64,000 nucleotides of DNA, taken from assembly GCA_950097015.1 (NCBI GenBank), contig CATNEN010000029.1, forward strand, positions 4,774,001 through 4,838,000, read 5' to 3'. The notes beneath the pieces are model-generated. The model had not been told where the DNA came from and made no database searches. It worked only from the letters and a program-made list of their open reading frames with translations. This stretch comes from Macrostomum hystrix (taxonomy: Eukaryota; Animalia; Platyhelminthes). This document shows, one piece after another, positions 1-11,900 of this stretch (position 1 is its first letter; every line of letters begins with the position of its first letter). A program made the position numbers and the translations under genes.

Positions 1-138
1 TCAACTATTGGGCTACCTAACTGGGGAAAGGACTCTAATGAGTGGGACACAGGACACTGTGGACATAGACAACAAAGCCAAGAAAATGAGAGAGCCAGTT
101 CAAGTAAATCAAGGTTGCAATAAGCAAGTAACATAAAA

Positions 139-370
139 GTGACTCATCTTAACTCAAGTACAATGACTATTACCAGTGATAATTTGTGACTCATCTTAAC
201 TCAAGTACAATGACTATTACCAGTGATAATTTGTGACTCATCTTAACTCAAGTACAATGACTATTACCAGTGATAATTTGTGACTCATCTTAACTCAAGT
301 ACAATGACTATTACCAGTGATAATTTGTGACTCATCTTAACTCAAGTACAATGACTATTACCAGTGATAA
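139..370. repeat. 47-bp tandem repeat, ~5 copies
   Basis: Unit GTGACTCATCTTAACTCAAGTACAATGACTATTACCAGTGATAATTT starts at 139, 186, 233, 280 and 327. Confidence 0.95.
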
Positions 371-1039
371 GCGAGCTGAAATTCTAAATAGCAAGTCTAT
401 CTAAAGAGTTATTTTAAAAAGGCAAACTTCAGAAATCCTAAGGGGGTTAATTTTGAATGAGGCTAATAGTCTTGCTCATTAATCTATTAAAATGTAAACA
501 TAATAATAAAAGTATAATTTCCAGCAAATTCACCTCTTTAAATTTGATTGGAAGAGCTATTTTACCCTAGTCATATTTATATTCATTGATTTATTCAAAC
601 ATACTGGCTTGATTAGTACCTTGGTCTTAGAAGCTCAACTTTAGCACTAGCAAAGAAATGATTCACTACCAGATTTATGTTCCAAAGCTTTGCCAATTTA
701 TCTTTCATGCTTTGCCAATTACTAAACAAATTGAATTGGTCCATTTTTTACAGCTAAGAAGGATTCACAATCACATAAAAATCCATTTCAAATTAAAATA
801 TTTAAATAAAGTTTAGGTTAACTAAAGTAAATTAAAACAAAACAAGATTATATTTTAAATATTGTATGGTTTCTTAAGACACTTCCTAGGCAATGTGCTA
901 GTTTCTTGTGCTAGATTATTTTGACCCAAAATTGTAGGCAAACATACAAAAGCAAGTTCATTAAAGCAAGAAAGGGGTCATAGCCCTTGAGAAATAGTAT
1001 AATAATACAGCATAGTAGAGTCTGCAGCCAATCATTTAG

Positions 1040-1260
1040 CAGTATATATTGCCTGGGATGTGCTTCCAATGCACTTCCCAACCATGTATTTCTCAATCAC
1101 TATCTACATGTTGATAATATAAATAACCTAACCATGCACATAAATACCATTGAAAGCACCTGGGCACATATGAAGGCAAAGTTCTATAGTCAACATGACC
1201 TTTTTGACTCTGACCTTATTAAGTTTATCTTGTACCAATTCTACCCAGAGAAGACTTGGC
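1040..1260 (+). mobile_element. Degenerate Merlin / ISXO2 (IS1595-like) transposase fragment
   Basis: ORF 987-1280 contains NHVFLNHYLHVDN..MHINTIESTWAHMKAK, resembling the H.xVNH..FVD...HTNTIExxWxxxK segment of IS1595/Merlin DDE transposases. Confidence 0.55.
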
Positions 1261-3276
1261 CACTTGCTCTTACTGGCTAACCCATTACAATGCTTTGTAG
1301 TACTGTTTCTCAAGCAATTGCCAATATGACCAGTTTTGCTGCTTCAATAAACTTGATTTTGTCTGTTTGCTTAAAATTTTGGTCAAAACAATTTAACACA
1401 ATAAACCAGGACATAGCCTGTTTTTCTTATTCTACACGAGTTACCTTAGCTAGGCCAGATCCTAGACAATTTGTCATTTTACAACTTTGTCATCCACTTT
1501 GATTCTTTGAAGGTAGGACACTTCGTCATCCAGCCAATTGGCATGCTTTAAAGTTTGGTCATCAACAAATAACAAGCATTGTAGACTGTAGACTCAATTA
1601 ACAGATGCTTCTGTGTACAACTTAAATGTAGATGTGAAAATTGAAGGGTGGGATATGGAGGTGCTTTTTTGCTTGTTTCATTTGGAATAAAGTGAGGGTG
1701 GGATGGTGGGGCAGTGGTGTGAACACACTTCACAATTTAAATTTTCAAAAATGATTCAAAACTGATTTCATTATAAGAGTTAAAAGATAGATGCCAACAT
1801 GATGTGAGGAAGGGTGGTTCTGTTCTAACTTTGAAAACTTATTTTATAGATGATGAAGTGTCTACAAGGCTAAGTTACTTTGTCATCCACCCTCTGAGAT
1901 ATTGACAGATTGTCAATCTCATGTCTATCTCAATCTCAATCTCATGTCTATGCTCATCTGGATGACAAAGTTGTAAGATTACGAAGTGTCCACGTATAGC
2001 TAGGCCTATCAGTTAGTTTTCTATATAAAACAGATATGGAGATACAACATTTTCTAACCCAATGTACATAATCCTGACAATGACAGGATTGCCATTAATG
2101 TATCTACAAAAAGGAAAAGTTAGCTATCATATGACATTGATAGTATGCTAGGCCTAACTATAGGCCAAAGACCTAATAAATCCTAGCTAGCTACATTTAG
2201 GCCTATCCAAACAGCAACAACATCAAGCCCTCTATGACAATGTCCTATCTTACAATTTCAACTAACAAAAGGATTAGATACTTACCAAATATTGACAGCT
2301 TATCCTGTCGATTGCAAAATTAAATAGCTAGCTTATAGATTGAGTTAAATAGCTAGACATACGTCTTCATATGTAAAGAGATTAGCTGCCAAGTGCCAAC
2401 ATGTATTTGTCATTCCTCATAATAAAAGAACAGTAATCATTATTACATTTACTAATGTATGATGTTAACGTCTATACAGTTAAGATAAAACTAGGCCTAA
2501 TAATAAAAGTGCTACGACTGGCTGCCTTGTTGGCCGGCCTATCAAATTTCAAGCATGAATAAAAAGTGGCATGTATTGATATATTAAAAAAGAAAAAGGT
2601 TTAGCATAATCGAAAAAGTAAGTACAAGCTGAATTTATTGGGTATATTTATATTTGACATATGAATAGCGCAGCAGTAAATGGCTTTTAGTAGAAAGGCA
2701 ATGAAAAAAGTCATGCTTTGTTATAATATGCCATTTTTAAGCGTGTTTTAAGTCGTTTTTTAATAATTAATTTTTGTTGTGAGCTCAAAATATTACATTA
2801 CACTTAAAAAGTATTGTGATCGATTTCTCACACTTAACTTTTGAAGAGTTGTTAGATTGTGCTATAATTGTAATTAAAAAATAGCGTGTTATTATTATAT
2901 CGAAGCTTGCGCTTTGTTCGTATTGTATTTGCTTTGCTTTGGCCCTGTGCCCCCAAACGGGGTAACATTTTAATATTTTTTAGGTTAACTTAAAGTCGAA
3001 GTATAGGACCTATGCATAGTTTTTATTCATATTATAGCTTGGATAGGCTAGCTAGTAGCTATGTGGCAGCAGCATGTGCTGCATTTGCTGTTAACATGTA
3101 ATTTATGCAAACCTAGTAATGTATCAGGCCTTGCATATGCACAATCGCCAATCGGGAACCTTTTTGAGATTTAATTCCTATATCAATAATGAAGTAGGGA
3201 TGTTTTTATCTTTCTTTTTTGAAAGTTAAATTTATACTTATGCTCTTTGTTTAAATGCACTGAATAGTATATAATA

Positions 3277-3805
3277 TGGCAGTGCTTATCCCTACGGTAC
3301 CGTGGAAATAATTTTTGTCTTATTCCTACGGTACCGTGGGAATAATTTCCTGCTTATCCGCACGGCACACTGACGAGATAGCTGTCCTATCTTCAACATA
3401 TTCCGTTGGCACTGTCAGACATTTTTTATGGACCTATTTTAACTTGGCCTAGAATAAAGTAATAGACTGGATTATAGACTTAGAAGGCTTGAGCTATAAG
3501 ATTAGAAAAATACACACTTCAGTTGTATTCTTTTGAATATATAAATAATAGAAATATATATTTTATATACTTTAAAAAGCCACCGTATTGGGTAACTACT
3601 TGCGAAAAAAGCAGAAAACTTTAATTTGTTTACTTGCTTTTAAAAACCGGAAGAAAAAAGGAAAATTGCAGTCATGATAAAAAGATAGATGATAGGACAG
3701 CTATCTCGTCAGTGTGCCGTGCGGATAAGCAGGAAATTATTCCCACGGTACCGTAGGAATAAGACAAAAATTATTTCTACGGTACCGTGGGGATAAGCAC
3801 TGCCA
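3277..3805. mobile_element. MITE (~530 bp) with ~115-bp terminal inverted repeats
   Basis: 3277-3391 (TGGCAGTGCTTATCC...GCTGTCCTATC) is the near-perfect reverse complement of 3691-3805. TA lies on both sides; the interior is AT-rich and non-coding. Confidence 0.9.
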
Positions 3806-3879
3806 TATAATATATTCAATATTAGAAATATTCTGTTGAATTTATTCACTTCGGCCTAACAAACATTTTTGTGTATATA

Positions 3880-4770
3880 AACAATTGCAATTTCTGTGAT
3901 TCAAACAGGTGACTTTGGAAGGCCTTTACAGCCTATTCTGGCGATGCAAATTGGACTCCCCTGAGCAGGTGCTTGACTTGTGGGAACACAAAGAAGTCAC
4001 ATGGTGCCAAGTCGGGGCTGTAGGGTGGGTGCTCAAGTAGTTGGACACGATTCTGCTCTAGGCCCTATGAACTCCACAGTTAGTCGCACAGTTTGGGCCA
4101 GGGTGTTGTCCTGATAGAGCAACAACCTGCGATGGCAAGTCCTTGGGCGCTTCTCAACAATGGATTGCAGCACCTGGGGTATACACTTGTTACATACCAG
4201 CCCGCAGTCACCATCCGCTGTGTTACCAGCGGAATCATGGCTACGGGACTGCTGCGAGCCACAAAAACAGCCACCATCTGCTTGGCGATGCTTTGCTACT
4301 TCACCAGCTTTGAAGGTGGCAGGGTGCCAATGGGGATCCACTGAGCTGACTGCTGCTTGCTCTCCAGGTCAAAACAGTACACCCAGGTCTCATCACCACT
4401 GACGATGTCCCAGGAGCTCGTTGATCTTCCACAGTTGAATCTTTCGAGCATTGAATGGCACTAATCAATCTGGGCCTGTTTCTGCTCCTGGGTCAGGTGA
4501 TGAGGCACCCAGTGTGCAGACACCTTGCTAAGGCCAAGCCTTTCATGTAGGATGTTTAAGGTGCTTCCCGATTAAATGCCCACAGCAGTGGCTAGCTGTC
4601 AACTGCCTCAACCAGGGCATGCACTGCAGCCACTGCTTCCTGAGTGGTCAAACTTGGGGGTCGTCCTTCGTGAGCCTCGTCGTTGAGCGACACTTGGCCC
4701 CGACGAAATTCTGTGAACTAGTCCAAGACTGTTGTTCTCGTGGGTGCAGTATCCCCGAAGGCTCCACTGT
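3880..4770 (-). mobile_element. Degenerate mariner (DD34D) transposase pseudogene
   Basis: Minus-strand motifs across several frames: LHERLGLSKVSAHWVPHHLT, IVSGDETWVYCFD, LLLYQDN, LEHPPYSPDLAPCDFFVFPQVKHLLRG. Frameshifted; ends approximate. Confidence 0.9.
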
Positions 4771-5963
4771 TTCCACTGTAAACACTCTAAAGTAGTGACT
4801 TTGTTATTATTTATGTGACATCCTGTCTATCTTTACGCCACCAACAGTCAATAGACTGTAAAAAACCTACCCCACAATTTGTATGTGGCATTGAAATTTC
4901 TGAAAGGCTTGAGTCCCAAGCACTAAAGAATTAAGAGTTCCAATTGTAAGCAGTCTGAAATGTCTTCACATATCCTCTGTGCCATTAGCCCCCTGACTAA
5001 TGCCTTTAAGCTCTCTATATCTTGTCATAGCCATCCACATATCCCCAGAAACATGAGTATAGCATTGAAGTCTTTAGGGGCTTAAGTTTAGTATTACATT
5101 TTTTTGTGTTTATTTCTCTACCTATTTTTTTCTTGTGTCTCTATTGTCTCTATGCTGTTTGTTTTACTCACTTCAGTGCAAACTAGGCCTAAATTTGAGA
5201 ACCTTAGATATGGTAACTAGATACAAGAATTGGAAGTTGCTAAAACTATTGTATATCTGTATAGCCATAGATAACTTTTATCCAAAAAGCTCTATATCTG
5301 TAACTCCCCATAGCTATATGTGTAGCTACAGTGGGAATATGCCACTTATGGCTATTGGCTTTGATAAAATGACTTTGACAAGTTTTTTCTCAGATAACTA
5401 GTTACAATAAAAAATAACCCGTCTTGGAAATTTTGTCAACCCTATTGAGAGAGCCCATAGTGAGAAAGGTGGCGCAGCATGTACTGGAATACTTTTTGTG
5501 GAGACCTGCACAAAAATATGAAAAAATTAACATTTACAAGAGAAAGGCTAACTCTATGCTCAATGACAGATGTATATAATTCTTCAGGCTGACTCAATCC
5601 ATGTTTTGTGCCATAATTAGTACTTACACTGTTGTAAAAAAATATTTATACTGCAGATTCTCAATTTAAACTATTTAGAATTATTTATAAATAAGCCTTT
5701 CAAAAACATTATAGATATGCAGCTTGAGCCTGAATATCAACAGCATGAAATAAAGAATAACAAGCCAACTTTTGGATGCTTTCAAAGGTAAGATACACAA
5801 CCATGCATAATGCATAACAAATCTGTAACTTGCATATAAACACCATAGGTAGATTTGGCTATTATGTTGTAACTTTTTTCTTTTTACTTTAAGCTATCGA
5901 AAAGTATATGAAGTCAAGTCTATTGTGGCTACTATTTAGTTGTTTTGCTATCCTAATTCACAG

Positions 5964-8900
5964 GTGCTGGCGCAGATGTTGCCGCCAACTGCGTCACCGG
6001 CGGCCACTGCTGCCTCGCCTGTTGAAAATTGGCCAGCCGATCGACTGTGCCCCAAACAGCCTACGCAATCAGAAGTACTCAGCTCTCAGCTTCCTGCCTC
6101 TGGTACTGTACGAACAATTCAGCGTGTTTCTCAATTTCTGCTTCCTGGTTATGGCTCTATCGCAGTTTGTTCCTGCCCTGAAAATTGGCTACCTGTACAC
6201 CTACTGGGGCCCACTCAGCTTTGTTGTCTGTGTCACGGCTCTACGCGAAGCCGCCGACGATTTTCGACGATGGCGACGCGATCGCGAGTTAAACTCTGCG
6301 CTTTACGAAGTTGTGGATTCGGATCCAACAACTAGCGCGGGTGAGTTGCCCATTGTTCGCCTGCTGCCTAGCCGCGAGCTGCGAGTCGGCCACCTGGTTA
6401 GGCTAGCCAAAGGCGACCGGGTCCCAGCCGATCTGGTCCTATTGCGAACGCCTGACCAACGCGGCGCTTGCTACCTGCGTACCGATCAGCTGGACGGCGA
6501 AACCGACTGGAAGCTGCGTGTTGCTCCGGCCTCTACGCAACTGGTGCGTTTGTAGCCATGAAATTTCTATTGCTCTACTTCACTTTGCTGCAGGTGGGTG
6601 CATCTTCCGGATGAAGAGCTGGCAGGCTAGTTCTCGGGGTTGAAAACGATAGAGAGGTCTGGTTTTGTCTGTCCTGTGTAGTTACTTGAGGGTGGTGTCC
6701 GTAGGCCAAAGTACTTTATATTTTCGGTGAAATTTATTGTTCGCAGGCGGACAATAGTGCAGCCGGGTGGAATAATCCAGCCGACTCTGGCGCCACAGTG
6801 TGGGCCGAAAGGCCCAGCATGGATCTCGTCAGATTTGTTGGTACCCTGACTACTCAGACTGGCGCCCAGGTGGCTCTGGGCATTGAGAACACCATGTGGG
6901 CTGGCACAGTGCTGGCGTCTGCTGGGCCAGTGCTCGGTGTAGTTGTCTACACTGGCCGGGAGACTCGGGCCGCTATGAACAGCGCGAAGCCGCGCAGTAA
7001 AACTGCCCTGATTGACTCCGAGGTTAACTTGGCTACTAAAGTACTAGTGGCATCTGTACTGCTTGTCTCCTTGCTGCTAGTCGCTTTGAAAGGCTTCGGT
7101 GGCCAGTGGTACAAATACTATTGGCGCTTCCTACTGTTGTTCTCCTATATTATTCCACTAGCGTGAGTTGCCATACTTTTATTTGCCTTAAATTAAGCGA
7201 AGTACAAAGAATAAAAAGAATTAATTAAGATAGTGGCTACCTCCGCTTCCGTCCTCCCAGATTGCGCATGAACTTAGACATGGCCAAAATTATCTACGCA
7301 CTGTTGATTGTGCGCGACAAATGCCTAGATGGCTGCGTTGTGCGCAACACCACAGTGCCAGAGGAGCTGGGCCGGATAAGCTACCTGCTGTCTGATAAAA
7401 CTGGCACTCTAACTGAGAATAACATGGTAAGGAGCTCACATTTATATTCGCTACCGAATAAGAGGCTTCATCCTATAACTAAAATACGCAATCGGACAGG
7501 TATTTAAAAAGCTACACCTTGGCAGCCTAGTCATCACTGACGATGCCGACTCACTAGCGGAGGTGCGCGCTCACGTGACCGTCTGGCTAAAATCTCGCCA
7601 GCCTTCAAACGATGAGCAGCAGCAGAAGCCGGTGGAGTCATTAGGCGTCACTCGCGAAGGCGCCGATGCTGGCAGCCGCGCAGTGGAGGCGGTTCGCGCT
7701 CTGGCCCTCTGTCACAATGTCACCCCGGTGCCAGGAGATAACGGTACAGGCGAAGCCGACTATCAGGCCAGTAGTCCAGACGAGGTGGCGCTGGTTGGCT
7801 GGGCGGCCGGCGCCGGTCTAGCGCTTGCCGAGCGGGACCAGGACCGCCTGACCCTGCTGGCTGGCTGCGGCACTCGACTAGAGTACCGTCTGCTACAGGT
7901 TTGCTGCTGGCCTAGGCCCAGGCACAATGTACTACTCTTTATTCTGATCAGCAACCCTAAGTCTAGTTAACTAACTGGGTTTTGCTAAGTAGGCAAAATG
8001 AATAATTACCTATGGATGTTTAATACTCAAACTTAATTGAGCTAGGACTTGATAGTTCGTTATGAATGTTCTTTTTAGAGTTTCTTCATTCATTACGCAG
8101 CCGCCTGATAACTTTTATTTAGTCATTGCTTTCCTGTTTGACCATTCGCTGGTCTCTGGCCCTACTCTTCAATTATTTTGCTCATTGTCCTTCTCTTCAA
8201 TTCTGTTGGTAATCATCCTTCTTTTCAGTTCTCTTGGTCATTATCCTTCTTTTCAGTTCTCTTGGTCATTATCCTTCTCTTCAGTTCTCTTGGTCATTAT
8301 CCTTCTCTTCAATTCTCTTGGTCATTATCCTTATCTTCAGTTCTCTTTGTCATTATCCTTCTCTTCAATTCTCTTTGTCATTATCCTTCTCTTCAATTCT
8401 CTTGGTCATTATCCTTCTCTTCAATTCTCTTGGTCATTATCCTTCTCTTCAATTCTCTTGGTCATTATCCTTCTCTTCAGTTCTCTTTGTCATTATCCTT
8501 CTCTTCAATTCTCTTGGTCATTATCCTTCTCTTCAATTCTCGTGGTCATTATCCTTCTCTTCAATTCTCTTTGTCATTATCCTTCACTGTAAACTCCAGG
8601 GGTACGAAAAAAGGTCCGACTGGGGTCCGTATGTAAGGGTTCGCAGCGTCGCCATATACGGACCCTAAAGGTCCGAACGTCATTGAGGGTCCGAAAAAGG
8701 GTCCGACAGGGGTCCGTATGTAAGGGTCCGCAGCGTCGCCATATACGGACCCTAAAGGTCCGAACGTCATTGAGGGTCCGAATGTAAGGGTCCGACAGGG
8801 GTCCGCAGCGTCTGGACCCTAAAGGTCCGAATGTCTTTGGGGGTCCGAGGTCCGACAGAGGTTCGTAATGTTAAGACGTATGTTACATGTTCAATATATG

Positions 8901-11900
8901 TTCAATCCCCATTTTTGTATCGCTGCAGAGAACAAATCACGAACGATAAAATCTATCGATTTGCGAATCTTAAATTTGAGTTTCGAGTAACATTAACTAT
9001 AATAATAGAACAATGCCTATAGCTGTGTCTTAATTATATAAAATGCTTCCAATACCATGGCATATTCATCGCATACAGAGTATATTTTCGTAATAAATTT
9101 AGTAGAAAATTTAGAGAATTAGTATATTTGGAAGTTCAGTACAAAAATATAATGAGAAAACAAAAAAAATTATTACAATATTAAGAATGGTAAACATGAT
9201 TAAAGATAAAAATTAGGGAAAAAATTACAAAATATCAAGTTAAATCAGGCACTAAAACAGTCGTTCTATTCCATGCACTTATCTATACCCAAACTGTACC
9301 AATTTATCTGTATTTTCCGTCTATCTTCCAACTTATCTATACGTACGTATCTATCTGTCTTTTTATTTGTGTATCTATCTATCGGTCTATGTATGCATTT
9401 ATGCATTTATTATTCTTTCTTTATATCTATTAAACCAATTACTCAATATAATTATACATTAGGTTAATTGGGCAAAGGTTAATTGGGTTTTAGACTAAGG
9501 ACGCCAAATCTATGACAGGGGCGCCACTTCATAACTAATGGTGACAAATTTTAGATATCGGCGCCAAATTTAAGACAGTGGCGCCAAACTTAAAATTTCT
9601 TCCTTGAGTAAGTTACATGATGCTGCACCTGTAAAATCATAGTCTACTGGTGCATAATAATACAGATACAGAGAATATTAAGGAGTTCGAATTTTGATTC
9701 GCTTGAATTCGCTGTAATATGCAATTTTATTTTGAATTAGATAACAGATGAAATCGGCGACAGGTTGGAATCGGCAACGGAAGGGTTTCTGATTGGCTGA
9801 CAGATTGAATTGGCGACAGATGAAATCGGCGACAGATGGAATCGGCAACGGAAGGGTTTCTGATTGGCTGACAGATGGAATCGGCGACAGATGCGATGGA
9901 ATATAATTATACATCAGGGGAACATAATAACTGCTTGTGAAATGTAAAATTTAGTAAATTTAGAGCTAACAAAGTACAGCAATCAGCGACTGGGCAGGTG
10001 CGCGGGACACGGCATCACGTCGTCGGAGCTTAGACAGTACCTCCAGTGTTTCGAGGAAGGCTTCCAGGCAGGGCACATGCTGCAGATTGAACGATACTGA
10101 ACAGATTGCGATTGCGACAACCGTATCCTTAATGGAATCGCAACGAAGTACCGCACCGTTTACCGAAATGCCACGCCAACTACTGTCCTCCCTTATAATG
10201 TGAATAGGCAACTCAGCGTCGAAAAGTTTTTCGGGGTTAATTCTTAATCGACCGAGTAGCAAGCAAAGGCCGTTCATCAGAACAGTGTCGTCGTCATCAC
10301 AATCATTGACATACAGCTTGCAGTACATGTATCGCTTCATCGTATCTCGCTTTTGCCACACATGCCGGAGTGCACCGCAAACATTCTGTTCGATATCCTC
10401 TGGTGTTCGAGGAAGCACATAATCAGCTTTGCGCCGAGATTTGTACAGTTCTATCATTAAAAAGGCCTCTTGCAGAAGCACACGTGGCACTGATAGTGGC
10501 TTGTATAATTGTAACTCCTCTTCGACAGTTTTATTTTGGCAACGCAAAACTCGCTCACTAAAGAGGCACTTCATGTTGCTTAGCACATCTTCGATTTCCA
10601 TCGTGAGATAGTTCTCGTTCAGCCTAATCCGGTCGGTGTCGTTACTTTCAGGAACGCATTCCTGCAGCACATCTCCGAAAATCACGCTTTTGGTAATCAT
10701 GCTTGTCGATGTAGCAGTACTTTCGGCATCCTCGCAATTGACCTTCTGGCGCTTTGCCTGTACTACTTCTTCGTCGTCTTCTTCGTCGTCTTCGTCATCC
10801 TCGAAGGCAGCAACACGTCGGCGCTTCCTACCAGTTGGGCCAACGTTTTCTTCGTCACTATCATTTTTTTCTTCAGTGAAAGAGTCCGAAATGCTAGACT
10901 TTGTTGCATCAGCAGCACGCTTTTTGCGTCCGAACTTTTGGCGCATCGTTTGTACTGTTGGACTGTCGCATTCACTTTGAATTTTATAACGAATTTCCTT
11001 GAATCGTCGGCGAATTTTCTGCCGCCATAAAAAAGTTCCATCAGCCGAACCATCTCGCAGTCCTGGGTACGTAGAAGCGATGGCAATGCACAAATTCTGT
11101 AGCTCTTTTCCATAAAGGTAGGGATCCTGCTTGCTTTTAAAGTTGTTAAATACATCGTTGATAATATAGTTTAAAAACTTGTTGACGAAATTCGCCTTCA
11201 ACATAAAGTCTGTTCCTAACCGAGGATCCCGCTCTAATTTCTTCAGGGCAGACTCCAAATCAGGCATCTTTGGAAGCGAGTAAATGGTTGGCCACGATCT
11301 TAAATAGGCATTAATAGGCGATCCTGCTACGCCAGAAGTCGCCGCTTCGCTAGACATCGTCGCTCTGTTAGGCGTTGCCACTCCGCCAGACATCGCTGCT
11401 TCATAAGGCGTTGCTGCTCTGTCACGCGTTGCGACTCCACCAGATTTCGCCCCTTCGCCTGGCGCTGCTGCATCGAGTATTTCTTGTCCGGGCTCTAGAA
11501 AGAAGAGCTCAGTACCGGCCTTAGAAAGTGCAGGCAAAAATTCGCTTGCATCGACGTCGAATCCATCGGACGTCAAAATTCGTACGTCTTCAACTGCAAC
11601 TATTCCGAGCTTTGAACAGCCTTGTACAAGGAGGTCTTGCAGTGACGAAGCTAAAATCAGCTTCTTGCTGGACCGGTCGTGGTTGCTGGTACGAAGCTGC
11701 AATGTTCCAATTCCAATGAATTTAACAAATCACTATGTAAAAGTGATGGTAAAATTTTTGATAAGAAGCATTTAAACAACATAAAATATTGTTCAGCAAA
11801 GTCTGTAACTATTTCTTTGACTAATTGACTTAGCTGTAAACTTTTCTGCTTTGTTATTAAAAAGAAGTCTTTGCTTTTTAGGTAAAAGAAAACAAATTTT

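Noticed and set aside
139-370. CRISPR-like appearance of this and other 20-47-bp repeats
   Set aside because: Units are head-to-tail with no unique spacers, there are no cas genes, and the context is eukaryotic.
6594-6630. Possible ATP9 micro-exon (HLPDEELAG)
   Set aside because: No splice pair keeps the frame, whereas the 6543>6747 join is in frame.
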